This document shows positions 28,376 through 37,616 of a stretch of 64,000 nucleotides of DNA, piece by piece. Numbering within the stretch: position 1 is the first letter of the stretch; each line of letters opens with the position of its first letter. Made by a program: the position numbers and the translations under genes. The notes under the pieces were generated by a model. That model was given only the letters and a program-made list of their open reading frames with translations. It was not told the origin of the DNA and searched no databases. Location of the stretch: the IMG/VR virus record IMGVR_UViG_3300024269_000024, positions 32,001-96,000 of that record. One strand, 5' to 3'. This DNA is from a virus. Its lineage: Duplodnaviria; Caudoviricetes.

Positions 28376-31300
28376 ACATGTTTAGGCATTAATAATGAAG
28401 GCTATCTTCGTTACGATTATTACCATGAAGATTTAGGACAAAACGATGCTGTTGGCGCAACCAACGTGTATAACGGATATGATTCCGTGCTATGGAATAA
28501 CTTTGCAGAAGCATTTAAAGATGATATTCAAAAAACATATAGCTCGTGGAGAAGTGGATATTCTCCGCTATTAAGTTACAATAATGTTATGAAATATTTT
28601 ATAACAGATCAGTCTGATAAATGGTGTATATCTATTTACAATGAAGACGCAGAATACAAGTATCTATCAATGTACAGGAATGGCGACGACTCTTCTTTCT
28701 TGTATCAAGTTAAAGGCACAGGCGAAGAACACTTAAAGTATTTTATAAAAAATCGTTTGATGTATTGCGACTCAAAGTGGCAAGCAGGCGATTTTATTAA
28801 TAAGGATACAAATACTATTTTATTGCGCCTAAACTCCCCTGACGGCATTGAGGATGATGCAATTAAACCAGATATGACGATTAAGTACAAAACATTCTCT
28901 AATATGTATACTGGTGTGCGTTATGGTACTAACGGCATATTGTCGTCTATATACACAGACAGAGGCAAACTAGTAGAACATAAAATGCCAGATGGTGAAG
29001 ACCCAAATAACCTTGATACATATATTTTTGGTGCCAACGAAATTTCTGAGCTTGAAGATATGTCGTTATTGTATGCAAACTTAATTAATATTAGTGCAGC
29101 AAGCAAATTAACAAAGCTAGTAGTTGGCAATAGTCATCCAAATTATAAAAACGATGTTTTAAAAAGCCTGTCATTTTCTAATAATAGACTGTTGAGAGAA
29201 GTAAATGTATGCAATTGTACTGGACTGACAATGACGCTTGACTTCTCGCTATGTCCAGATATTCAATATATTTACGCTACTGGTAGCAAGATTTCAGGTG
29301 TACAATTGCCAGATTCAGGTTTCTTAAAAGTCATTCATCTACCTGAAACGGTTAGTAACCTTACATTTGTAAATCAGCATCACATAGAAGAATTTATTTG
29401 CGAAGGATATGGCAATGTTACTACGATCAAGATAGAAAACTCCAATAACATTCCATTGCAAGATATTTTACTTGGTTGTGATTCTTCTGTGTTGGCATCC
29501 GTATCTGTAAAAAATATTAATTGGAATGTTAGCTCTGAGGAAAATCTACAGATAATTGTTGACAAACTAATAGCATGCAATGGATCGGTTGTTGAAGGTG
29601 CAGTTTATTTGCCAAGTGGCGTAACTGTATCGGATGATCTAAAAGTTACAATTCATCAGAACTTTCCAAACTTAAATGTTATTGATGATAATCCAGTATT
29701 CTACATTGACTATTTTAATTTTGATAATACAATTTGGGATACTGAAATGGTAAGTGCAGGCGAAGATGCAATTGGTCCACAGAAAGGTGATCCAGATGAT
29801 ATTGTGCAAGAAGCATTTGGATTAAGACACTTGTTTGTACAATGGAAAGCATTGCCTGTTAATGTAAATAAAAATCATCAGATTGATGCAATATGGCAAA
29901 CTCAATATTGGGTTAAATATTATGATAGCGACATATTGCTGTATGATTATTGGGCAGATCAAGGTAGCGAAGCAAAAGATCCAGTGTTAGATGGACCTAT
30001 ACCAGCACCAGAAAAACCTGGCAATGATGAGTTGCGATATTCGTTCAATGGATGGGACAATTTGCCAACGAATATTCAAAAATCGACAAACATAAACGCC
30101 CTCTGGTCCAACGTTTACCCCGTCCGCTTCTATGCAGCAGAAACCTCTACAATCCCACACTATGTACAATGGGTTAAAGAGGGCGAAGATGTTCATGATC
30201 CAATATCAACAAATGAGTGCGCTGCACCAAGTGACATTGTAACTGAAGATATTACACATGTGTTCTCTAATTGGAACAACATCCCGACAAATATAACTGC
30301 AATTACAAATGTATATGCAGAATACTCACCGTTCTGGGCTGTGCGCTTCTATAATGGTTACATCCTGGAAGACACTCAGTGGATACCAACAGGTGGATCT
30401 GCTGTAGACCCAGTTAAGTCAGGGCGCATTGTAACTCCTACAAGAGAAAGTACTGCACAATATGATTTTACATTCTCTGGTTGGGAAGGTAATTACACAA
30501 ATGTAACTGATCCTAGAAAAATTATGGCTACATTTGACTCGACTATTAGAAGATACACTGTTTATTTCTACAATGATGACGAGATATTGCAAACAATTGA
30601 AAACGTACCATATGGAACTGCAAATGTAACTTACACTGGCAGCACGCCAGTAAAAACAGGAGTGGATAATCCAGAAGAGTACGTGTTCAAAGGATGGGTG
30701 CCAGCACCAGAAAACATTACTGGTGACACCGAATGCTATGCGCTATTCAAGTTTACTGGATATATTTTCGGAAAATTGAGTAATGATAGCGAATATGGCA
30801 CTGTGGACAATCCAAACTGGGATGCAATTAATGCTTATTGGACCATAATTGGCTCCGATGTTGACGCTTACATAAGTGGATCTATGAGTAAATACGATTT
30901 CTACGCAAAGTATCAAATGGGTGGACGAATGATTATTCCTATTGCACTTTCTGGCAGTGATAATATCGTTGCCGATGTTGAAATCATTGCACGCGATCAT
31001 GACGATTTGGCAAGCGGCTCTGGTAAAGCTCCGCTAACATTCTTCTGTAAAGATTTGCCGCAGATAACTAAACCAATGAATGCAGAAAAAGACAATGATG
31101 GAGGATGGGAGTTGTCTGAAATGCGCACGTTCGCTAATGGTGAATTGTTTGACGCATTGCCGCAAGAGCTCAAGGCATTAATTAAGCTTGTAGCTAAAAT
31201 TTCTGACGGAGGCGCAACTTACAAGGCGTTAGTTACAACACACGATAAGATGTGGCTCGCATCGTATGACGAGGTTGGTTTTGTTGACGATGCTACGTAT

Positions 31301-31522
31301 GGACTATTGGGTCAAGGCACTTGGTATAAAGACGTGTTCCCAACAAAAAATAGTCGTGTAAAAACAATTATAGATGATACTGCTGCGGCTGGCTGGTGGT
31401 TGCGTTCCTCTCACTATGGAAGCATAGATAGCTCCTTGTTCATTCAGGTTACTAAAACTGGCGGTAAGTATTGTTACTTCCCGTCAAGTGCACTATATGT
31501 GGCATTTGGATTCTGCATATAA
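28376..31522 (+). CDS. Exon 2: CotH C-part, LRR region, InlB-B/Flg_new-like repeats, C-terminal C-type-lectin-like (DUF6273-like) domain
   Basis: Starts TCLGINNEG; LRR-like 'LREVNV.NC..L...LDFS.C..I..IYA.GS.I..V.LP'; five 'V.FY.....F.GW......T...V.A.F' repeats; ends 'WWLRS...F..V...G........VAFGFCI'. Confidence 0.8.
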   Translation, partial: TCLGINNEGYLRYDYYHEDLGQNDAVGATNVYNGYDSVLWNNFAEAFKDDIQKTYSSWRSGYSPLLSYNNVMKYFITDQSDKWCISIYNEDAEYKYLSMYRNGDDSSFLYQVKGTGEEHLKYFIKNRLMYCDSKWQAGDFINKDTNTILLRLNSPDGIEDDAIKPDMTIKYKTFSNMYTGVRYGTNGILSSIYTDRGKLVEHKMPDGEDPNNLDTYIFGANEISELEDMSLLYANLINISAASKLTKLVVGNSHPNYKNDVLKSLSFSNNRLLREVNVCNCTGLTMTLDFSLCPDIQYIYATGSKISGVQLPDSGFLKVIHLPETVSNLTFVNQHHIEEFICEGYGNVTTIKIENSNNIPLQDILLGCDSSVLASVSVKNINWNVSSEENLQIIVDKLIACNGSVVEGAVYLPSGVTVSDDLKVTIHQNFPNLNVIDDNPVFYIDYFNFDNTIWDTEMVSAGEDAIGPQKGDPDDIVQEAFGLRHLFVQWKALPVNVNKNHQIDAIWQTQYWVKYYDSDILLYDYWADQGSEAKDPVLDGPIPAPEKPGNDELRYSFNGWDNLPTNIQKSTNINALWSNVYPVRFYAAETSTIPHYVQWVKEGEDVHDPISTNECAAPSDIVTEDITHVFSNWNNIPTNITAITNVYAEYSPFWAVRFYNGYILEDTQWIPTGGSAVDPVKSGRIVTPTRESTAQYDFTFSGWEGNYTNVTDPRKIMATFDSTIRRYTVYFYNDDEILQTIENVPYGTANVTYTGSTPVKTGVDNPEEYVFKGWVPAPENITGDTECYALFKFTGYIFGKLSNDSEYGTVDNPNWDAINAYWTIIGSDVDAYISGSMSKYDFYAKYQMGGRMIIPIALSGSDNIVADVEIIARDHDDLASGSGKAPLTFFCKDLPQITKPMNAEKDNDGGWELSEMRTFANGELFDALPQELKALIKLVAKISDGGATYKALVTTHDKMWLASYDEVGFVDDATYGLLGQGTWYKDVFPTKNSRVKTIIDDTAAAGWWLRSSHYGSIDSSLFIQVTKTGGKYCYFPSSALYVAFGFCI

Positions 31523-31541
31523 AAAAAATAATACAACACAC

Positions 31542-31573
31542 AGGGCAAGTTTGGAAAGATGACTTGCCCTTTT
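31542..31573 (+). terminator. Intrinsic terminator
   Basis: AGGGCAAGT / ACTTGCCCT stem followed by TTT. Confidence 0.65.
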
Positions 31574-31617
31574 CTCTACAATTTTGGAAATGATAAATTG
31601 AAAGGAGATCGCTTATA

Positions 31618-33480
31618 ATGGCTGAAAAAAAGCTTCATGGACGTATTGTGCATAAGCATGATACTGCCTCAAATTGGGCCAAAGCAACCAGTTTTGTGCC
31701 CATGAAGGGCGAACTTATTATATATGATATTGATGACACACATGATTATGAACGTTTTAAAATTGGCGACGGCAAGACTACTGTAAATGCGCTGCCGTTC
31801 GCAGGTTCAACTAATGATTATACTATTACAGAAAAGAACAAACTAGCTGATATCGAAAATGGTGCTAATAAAACAATTGTTGATAGCGCACTTTCTTCGT
31901 CTAGCACCAATCCAGTACAAAATAAAGTTATTTATGACACTTTTGATAGCCTTGTTGGCGACGACCCAGTGTCAGATCAAATTACAAAAGCAATTGCTGA
32001 TAAAGTTGATTCTAAGGATGCGATCACAGGTCTGTCTGCGTCGGGCCAGACTGTAACATACACTAAGGGAGATGGTACTACTGGTACCATTACCACTCAA
32101 GATACACATATTACTTATTCTGCTGGTACTGGCATTGCGCTGGATGGTACGACATTCAGCAACTCTGGTGTGCGCTCCGTAGCCACTGGTTCTGCTAATG
32201 GTACTATTTCTGTAAACACAAATGGCATTAGCGCAAATGTTGCAGTTAAGGGACTAGGTTCTGCTGCATATACGGCTTATACCGCCTATGATGCGGCTGG
32301 GGCGGCAAACAGTGCATTGACAGACGCGAAGGAATATGCTGACGAACTATATGAAGGCATTACTCCTGAAAGTATTGGTGCGCTACCGATTACTGGTGGC
32401 AATATCACTGGTTATTTTAGACTTAAAAACCATGCGAAATACCCTGAATTTAGTTTCTGGCCTAGCTCACTTGCATCGGTGGCAAGTAAAATGATTGCAA
32501 ATGTTGCAATGTCTGATGAAGTCATCACTTCTAATCATTTATCTTTTAGAGAGTTGAGTTACGAGTCTGGAACTAATAATATGTTGCAAACGTATGAAAA
32601 TTACAATCTGCCTCGCGTCGATGCGGATAAAACCACAAATAACAATTACGACATACTCACGACAAAAAATCCTGTCACAGTTGCTCAAGGTGGCACAGGC
32701 GCAACGACAGCAGAGACAGCTTTAACGAATCTTGGTGCAGTATCTCAAGATGCATTCGATGCGCATAGCCATAGTTATATTGCGACTACATCTGAAAGTG
32801 GTTCATCTTCGTTTGTAGATTATAGAACACTTTCTTTTAAGGCTGGCACTGTACCTTATGGTGATACTGTAGATGGAAGTTATAACAGCCCATATGGCGC
32901 ATATACTAGTGGAGGAAATCAAGTTGACTATGGTTCTTTGCTAAGAGCGAATTTTTCTAATGCTTATTATACCGATCTTTGGTTTGATGCTAATAGAAAA
33001 ACACTAACATATAGACAAGTGATAAATGGTGTTTCTCAAGGCTGGAAGCAATTGGTGGACACCAGTGGCGCAACTATGACTGGTACACTTATTGCGGGTG
33101 GAGGATTTACTGTTAAACAAGAAAGCACTTGGCCTGCTATTGATTTTCAATGCGGCAGTGGTAACGATGGCTCGTTTGGCCTTGCCACAGGTACATCGAC
33201 ACTGAATCGAAATTATTTCTATTTCCGCGAGAAGAGTCAAAATTCTTCTGACTACAGTTCGCTGAGTTATTATGAGGACTATAGATTACCTTATCCCGAC
33301 AAAGACCGTACTAGCAATGGCACATATTATATTTTAACCACCAAAGATGTTGTCACTGTTGCACAGGGCGGCACTGGAGCTACAACAAAGGCCGATGCTC
33401 GTACAAATCTTGGTATAAAATCAGGCACATCACTTCCTGAAAGTGGCACAGTGGGAGACATTTTCTTCCTGCACAATTAA
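31618..33480 (+). CDS. Tail fibre protein with an Mtd_N-like N-terminus
   Basis: 'HKHDT..NW.KA..FVP.KGE.IIY...FKIGDG.T.V.ALPF', 'DSALS.SSTNPVQNKV', two 'TVAQGGTGATT...A..NLG' motifs; ends GTVGDIFF. Confidence 0.75.
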   Translation: MAEKKLHGRIVHKHDTASNWAKATSFVPMKGELIIYDIDDTHDYERFKIGDGKTTVNALPFAGSTNDYTITEKNKLADIENGANKTIVDSALSSSSTNPVQNKVIYDTFDSLVGDDPVSDQITKAIADKVDSKDAITGLSASGQTVTYTKGDGTTGTITTQDTHITYSAGTGIALDGTTFSNSGVRSVATGSANGTISVNTNGISANVAVKGLGSAAYTAYTAYDAAGAANSALTDAKEYADELYEGITPESIGALPITGGNITGYFRLKNHAKYPEFSFWPSSLASVASKMIANVAMSDEVITSNHLSFRELSYESGTNNMLQTYENYNLPRVDADKTTNNNYDILTTKNPVTVAQGGTGATTAETALTNLGAVSQDAFDAHSHSYIATTSESGSSSFVDYRTLSFKAGTVPYGDTVDGSYNSPYGAYTSGGNQVDYGSLLRANFSNAYYTDLWFDANRKTLTYRQVINGVSQGWKQLVDTSGATMTGTLIAGGGFTVKQESTWPAIDFQCGSGNDGSFGLATGTSTLNRNYFYFREKSQNSSDYSSLSYYEDYRLPYPDKDRTSNGTYYILTTKDVVTVAQGGTGATTKADARTNLGIKSGTSLPESGTVGDIFFLHN

Positions 33481-33495
33481 TTGGGGGTGAAATAT

Positions 33496-34617
33496 ATGGC
33501 GACAGTTTCAATTTCCGCTCCTTCAAGTAAATTCTCATATTTTACTTTAAATAATCAATCAGATATTAGTGCTGGATATAACATTCAATTTGTTGACAAT
33601 GGACGTATGTATATTGGAGCAGAAGCTTCATCTGGCACTAGTACTGGTGGTCGAGTTGGAGTCTTCGGTTTTAAATTGTATGATATTACAGATCGAACAC
33701 TTATACAAGGCATTGAATCATTAAGCTTTAAAATTTTTACAACCAATTCTGCAGTGGGATGGAATGGTTGTTCGGCAAGAATAGAATATATTGGTACAAC
33801 TGCAACAGCTCTTCAGGCTAATTGGAGGGTTGGTTCTAGTTCTGAAACAATTAGTCTTAAAGAGAATGCCAATGCGACAATTACTACAAGTAATCAAGAA
33901 ACTTGCTCTAATTTTGAAAATTTGATTAAGAACGCCGTATCTGGTCAATATTATTATTTTCGTTTGGTAAGAGAGAGTGGAATGGGCGCTCGTATAGATG
34001 AGAATATTGAATTAACAATTAACTATTCTGGTTCTTCTGCTAAACGTTTAGTCTCTTATATTTGGGGAACCTCTACACAAACATACACGTACCCTGAAAC
34101 GGCAATGACAAGCAACTCTTCTGCAAATTGTGTCGCTTCTGCAAGTTCAGTATATGGTACAAATTATGCTGCATGGAGAGCTTTTAACAAAAGCAATTCA
34201 GACCATTATGGTTGGGCAAGCTTAGATTCAGAATCAGAACCGTGGATACAATTACAAATGCCACAGGCGCTAGAAAATATTACAATAAAGCTTGTAAATA
34301 GAACGAAGGCAACTGGAGTTGAAGTAAATGGCCCTAAGGCTGGTTATGTACAGGGTAGCAATAATGGAACTTCATGGACACCACTTGCAAGTTTTAGTGG
34401 CTTTGATGGAACTACTTCTGCTGGAGTTTCTGGAACAATTTCATGCAATAACTCTATTGCTTATAAATATGTTCGAATTACACTTACTGAATCTGGTGGT
34501 GCTATAGGTGAAATATATATAACTGGAACTAAAACTCTGCCAGAAGGTTGGATAGAGGCAACTCCCTATGTTTACACTTCCAGTGGTTGGGAAAAGGCCA
34601 CAGCGTATAAATTTTGA
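33496..34617 (+). CDS. Fibre tip protein with a discoidin (F5/8 type C)-like domain
   Basis: ATG at 33496 after GGGGGTG; 'ASASS......AWRAF....W......PWIQ...QGSNNG..W...YKYVRI'. Confidence 0.7.
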   Translation: MATVSISAPSSKFSYFTLNNQSDISAGYNIQFVDNGRMYIGAEASSGTSTGGRVGVFGFKLYDITDRTLIQGIESLSFKIFTTNSAVGWNGCSARIEYIGTTATALQANWRVGSSSETISLKENANATITTSNQETCSNFENLIKNAVSGQYYYFRLVRESGMGARIDENIELTINYSGSSAKRLVSYIWGTSTQTYTYPETAMTSNSSANCVASASSVYGTNYAAWRAFNKSNSDHYGWASLDSESEPWIQLQMPQALENITIKLVNRTKATGVEVNGPKAGYVQGSNNGTSWTPLASFSGFDGTTSAGVSGTISCNNSIAYKYVRITLTESGGAIGEIYITGTKTLPEGWIEATPYVYTSSGWEKATAYKF

Positions 34618-34673
34618 TAACTTTAATTAGTTATATATTTAGAAACAAACGTAATTTAAAGAGGTGAAAGAAT

Positions 34674-35828
34674 ATGAAATGTGATTTAAACACAGTTATA
34701 AAAATTGCAGAGTCTCAGGTGGGCTATTTGGAGAAAAAGACAAATGCAAATCTTGATGACTTTACAGCTAATGCTGGTAAAAATAATTACACAAAATATA
34801 ATCGTGAATATTTGAAATGGAAGGCTGGTGGCGCTCAGCCAATGCAGTGGTGCGCGGCGTTTGTTTCTTGGTGTTTCGTTGAGGCATACGGTCTTGATAC
34901 GGCGAAGAAATTACTTTGCGGCAATGTGCACTGTTACACACCATACGGCGCTAAGTACTTTAAAGATAAGAATAGATACATCAAGAGAGGTGAAGGTGCG
35001 CCAAAGCCTGGAGATGTAGTGTTTTTCTATTCTTCAAGTAAGGGTCGCATTGGACATGTTGGTATCGTTTACAATGTAACTAGTTCTAGAGTATATACCA
35101 TTGAGGGCAATACATCTGGTGCGAGCGCATTGGTAACCAATGGCGGTGGCGTGTGTAAGAAGTCTTATGCACTAACATCTACATATATAGATGGTTATGG
35201 CCGTCCAGATTATGACAGCACAGATAGTGTTGTAGTTAAGACATACAAGCTAGGTGATCGTTTACTTGAAAAGGGTTGCAAGGGCAATGACGTAAAAGAG
35301 CTCCAGGAGGCGCTAATTAAGCTAGGTTACCTCGCAGCAGACCAAGCTGATGGTGATTTTGGTAGTATTACCGAAAGTGCTGTTAAGAAGTTTCAAGCTG
35401 CCAATGGATGTATCATCGACGGTCAGTATGGTGCAAATAGCCACGATGCAATGAGTAAGGCGCTACCTGTGACTGCTAAAAATGTTGTTACAATTACTGG
35501 TAATGCAGTTAATATACGTAGAGGCCCTGGCAAATCATATGGCATACTAAAGACTTCTCGCAAGGGCGACAAGTTTGACCGCGTTGATTCAAATGATTGG
35601 ATGTGTGTGAAGCATGACGGCGCTGTTTGCTGGGTTTCTGAGAAATACATAAACAATGGTGTTTGTACAGCTAGTGCGCTAAATGTGCGCAAGGGGCCAA
35701 ATACTGATTACAAGTCTGTTGGCTTTGTTCAAAAGGGACATAAGTTTACAGCGGTTGATACTAGTGAATGGATTCCAATTTTAATTGATGGCGTAATCTA
35801 TTGGGTGTCCGCGAAATATGCGAAGTAA
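34674..35828 (+). CDS. Endolysin: CHAP amidase, peptidoglycan-binding domain and SH3b domains
   Basis: QWCAAFVSW, GHVGIV, TIEGNT (CHAP); 'G.DVKELQEAL..LGY...DGDFG..TESAVKKFQ' (PG_binding_1); 'VNIRRGPG' and 'LNVRKGP' (SH3b). Confidence 0.9.
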   Translation: MKCDLNTVIKIAESQVGYLEKKTNANLDDFTANAGKNNYTKYNREYLKWKAGGAQPMQWCAAFVSWCFVEAYGLDTAKKLLCGNVHCYTPYGAKYFKDKNRYIKRGEGAPKPGDVVFFYSSSKGRIGHVGIVYNVTSSRVYTIEGNTSGASALVTNGGGVCKKSYALTSTYIDGYGRPDYDSTDSVVVKTYKLGDRLLEKGCKGNDVKELQEALIKLGYLAADQADGDFGSITESAVKKFQAANGCIIDGQYGANSHDAMSKALPVTAKNVVTITGNAVNIRRGPGKSYGILKTSRKGDKFDRVDSNDWMCVKHDGAVCWVSEKYINNGVCTASALNVRKGPNTDYKSVGFVQKGHKFTAVDTSEWIPILIDGVIYWVSAKYAK

Positions 35829-35860
35829 TACATGGAGCAGTTTGAATTAAGTTAATATGT

Positions 35861-35897
35861 ATAAGGCTCCACTATAAAAGTGGGGCCTTATTTTTTT
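35861..35897 (+). terminator. Intrinsic terminator
   Basis: ATAAGGCTCCAC-TATAAAA-GTGGGGCCTTAT followed by a T run. Confidence 0.75.
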
Positions 35898-35922
35898 ATG
35901 GGGAAAAAGGAGTTGATGGAAT

Positions 35923-36420
35923 ATGCTTATTGCTGGAATTGATGGAAGTACAAATAGCACAGGCGTTTCAATTATGAGAGACGGTAAACTTGAATTTTAT
36001 GACTTAATTGACTTACACAAAGAAAAAGACGCAATGAAGCGTATTCAAAAAATGCTATTAAAAATTTGCGAAATTTTGGATCGTTATAAACTTGATGCAG
36101 TTTATATGGAAAAGTCAATACTTAAAAGCAATGTAGACACGGTTCAAAAATTGGCAAATTTAGCTGGGGGCATGATGTTGTATTGCGCCCAGAATGGAAT
36201 TGAATTTAAACATCCTTTGCCACCTGAATGGCGTGCAAAAATAGGAATCAAGCAATCGAGCAAAATAAAGCGCGAAGTGTTAAAGGAGCAGGCAATATTA
36301 GCTGTAAAAAATGAATATTGGATTGATGTAAATGATGATATTGCTGAATCAATACTCATTGCAAGAAGCGCTTTTGATTTACCAAAGCTTGAGATTTCAG
36401 AGGATGATTTGTGGTGTTAA
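35923..36420 (+). CDS. ruvC: RuvC-like Holliday junction resolvase
   Basis: IAGIDGSTNSTG, VYME, 'W...IG' and DDIAESI acidic motifs of the RuvC fold. Confidence 0.75.
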   Translation: MLIAGIDGSTNSTGVSIMRDGKLEFYDLIDLHKEKDAMKRIQKMLLKICEILDRYKLDAVYMEKSILKSNVDTVQKLANLAGGMMLYCAQNGIEFKHPLPPEWRAKIGIKQSSKIKREVLKEQAILAVKNEYWIDVNDDIAESILIARSAFDLPKLEISEDDLWC

Positions 36421-36482
36421 ATTGGGAATTATGCTGTGAGCAGCTTTATATAGAGATTTGAATTAAAAAGGAGAAATGAGTT

Positions 36483-37043
36483 ATGAAGATTATGGAATTT
36501 ATTGAATATATGCAGAAGAACACTACCAGAACAATGAGAGATGACCAGATTCAGCAGATGGTTCAAAAGGTGCTTGGAGTTAAAACGTATCTCAGCATCA
36601 AGGAAAAGCGCAACTTGATTGATAACATTATCAATGCATGTATTTTATATGAGAATGGCATTTATAAGTTTGATGGTATCGACAAGTATGTTTATTTGAC
36701 TATGTACACAATTGATGCTTATACGAATCTTGAATTGAGTACCGACGTAGAGAATGATTTTGATATGCTTTCTGAAGCAAAGCTACTACCAATTGTTGTT
36801 GGCGTAATGCAAGAGGAGTACAACGATGTTAATATCTTATTCCAAATGCAGTGTGATGCAATTCTAGAAAATAACTCCGTAGAGTCGCTAATGGGCAAGC
36901 TTGTTGGAAATGTTACTGTGTTTTTAGACGATGTGCTTAATTCACTTAAGAAAATGACAGATTTTAAGCTTGGTGAAAATGTTGACGCGCAGCATATTTT
37001 AAAAATTTTAAACGCATTCCAGGGAGCTGATGGTAATGGCTAA
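36483..37043 (+). CDS. Hypothetical protein upstream of the tape measure gene (possible tail chaperone)
   Basis: AAGGAG RBS; 186 aa, helical; function inferred from position only. Confidence 0.5.
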   Translation: MKIMEFIEYMQKNTTRTMRDDQIQQMVQKVLGVKTYLSIKEKRNLIDNIINACILYENGIYKFDGIDKYVYLTMYTIDAYTNLELSTDVENDFDMLSEAKLLPIVVGVMQEEYNDVNILFQMQCDAILENNSVESLMGKLVGNVTVFLDDVLNSLKKMTDFKLGENVDAQHILKILNAFQGADGNG

Positions 37044-37602
37044 AGATATTTCTGCCAAATTTAGAGCAATTGAACGGCAAAGTTATCAAGCAGGCATTGC
37101 GGTGATGCAAGATGTGGCAAGAGCTGCCATAAGAAAGGCGAGGAATGAAGTTGCTATGAATTGCTTGAGGAGATATTATGCATATTATAAACCAAAGATG
37201 TATATAAGAACAAAAAATTTGCAAAGGGCAATAACTCCTATTCTGCGCCAGCGTCATGATAAAAATAAATACACTATATTACTTGGTATTCATTTTGACT
37301 CAAGCAAATTAAACGGAGTGTATCAAAGCAATTCGTGGTATCACCAATCTGGTGGCAAATGGGTTAGCAGAAATGACTCTAGCTTTAACTGGAAAGGTCA
37401 AAATAATGGTATTGTTGACCCAAGCTGGGTGTTAGAGAATTTTTTGGAAGGAAGACACCCTGACATGTATAGTTTCAAACAAGACCCAACTACTACACAT
37501 GAAGTAATGACTGAATTTTTCGAAGAAGATATGGCTGGACTGCTTGCAGGACTTATTGCAGTTGAGTTTCCAAAGGCAGTTAAGAATTTTCTTGGTATAT
37601 GA
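37030..37602 (+). CDS. Putative tail/neck component (HK97 gp10-like position and composition)
   Basis: Basic 190 aa with a 'YY..Y.PK.Y.RT..L' motif; directly precedes the tape measure gene. Confidence 0.5.
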   Translation: MVMAKDISAKFRAIERQSYQAGIAVMQDVARAAIRKARNEVAMNCLRRYYAYYKPKMYIRTKNLQRAITPILRQRHDKNKYTILLGIHFDSSKLNGVYQSNSWYHQSGGKWVSRNDSSFNWKGQNNGIVDPSWVLENFLEGRHPDMYSFKQDPTTTHEVMTEFFEEDMAGLLAGLIAVEFPKAVKNFLGI

Positions 37603-37616
37603 TGAGGTGGTAAATA

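Noticed and set aside
37007-37013. T-TTA-AAC slippery heptamer as a tail-chaperone -1 frameshift site
   Set aside because: The -1 frame stops within a few codons (TGA at 37028), and the downstream gene at 37030 is in the +1 frame, so no G/GT-type fusion results.
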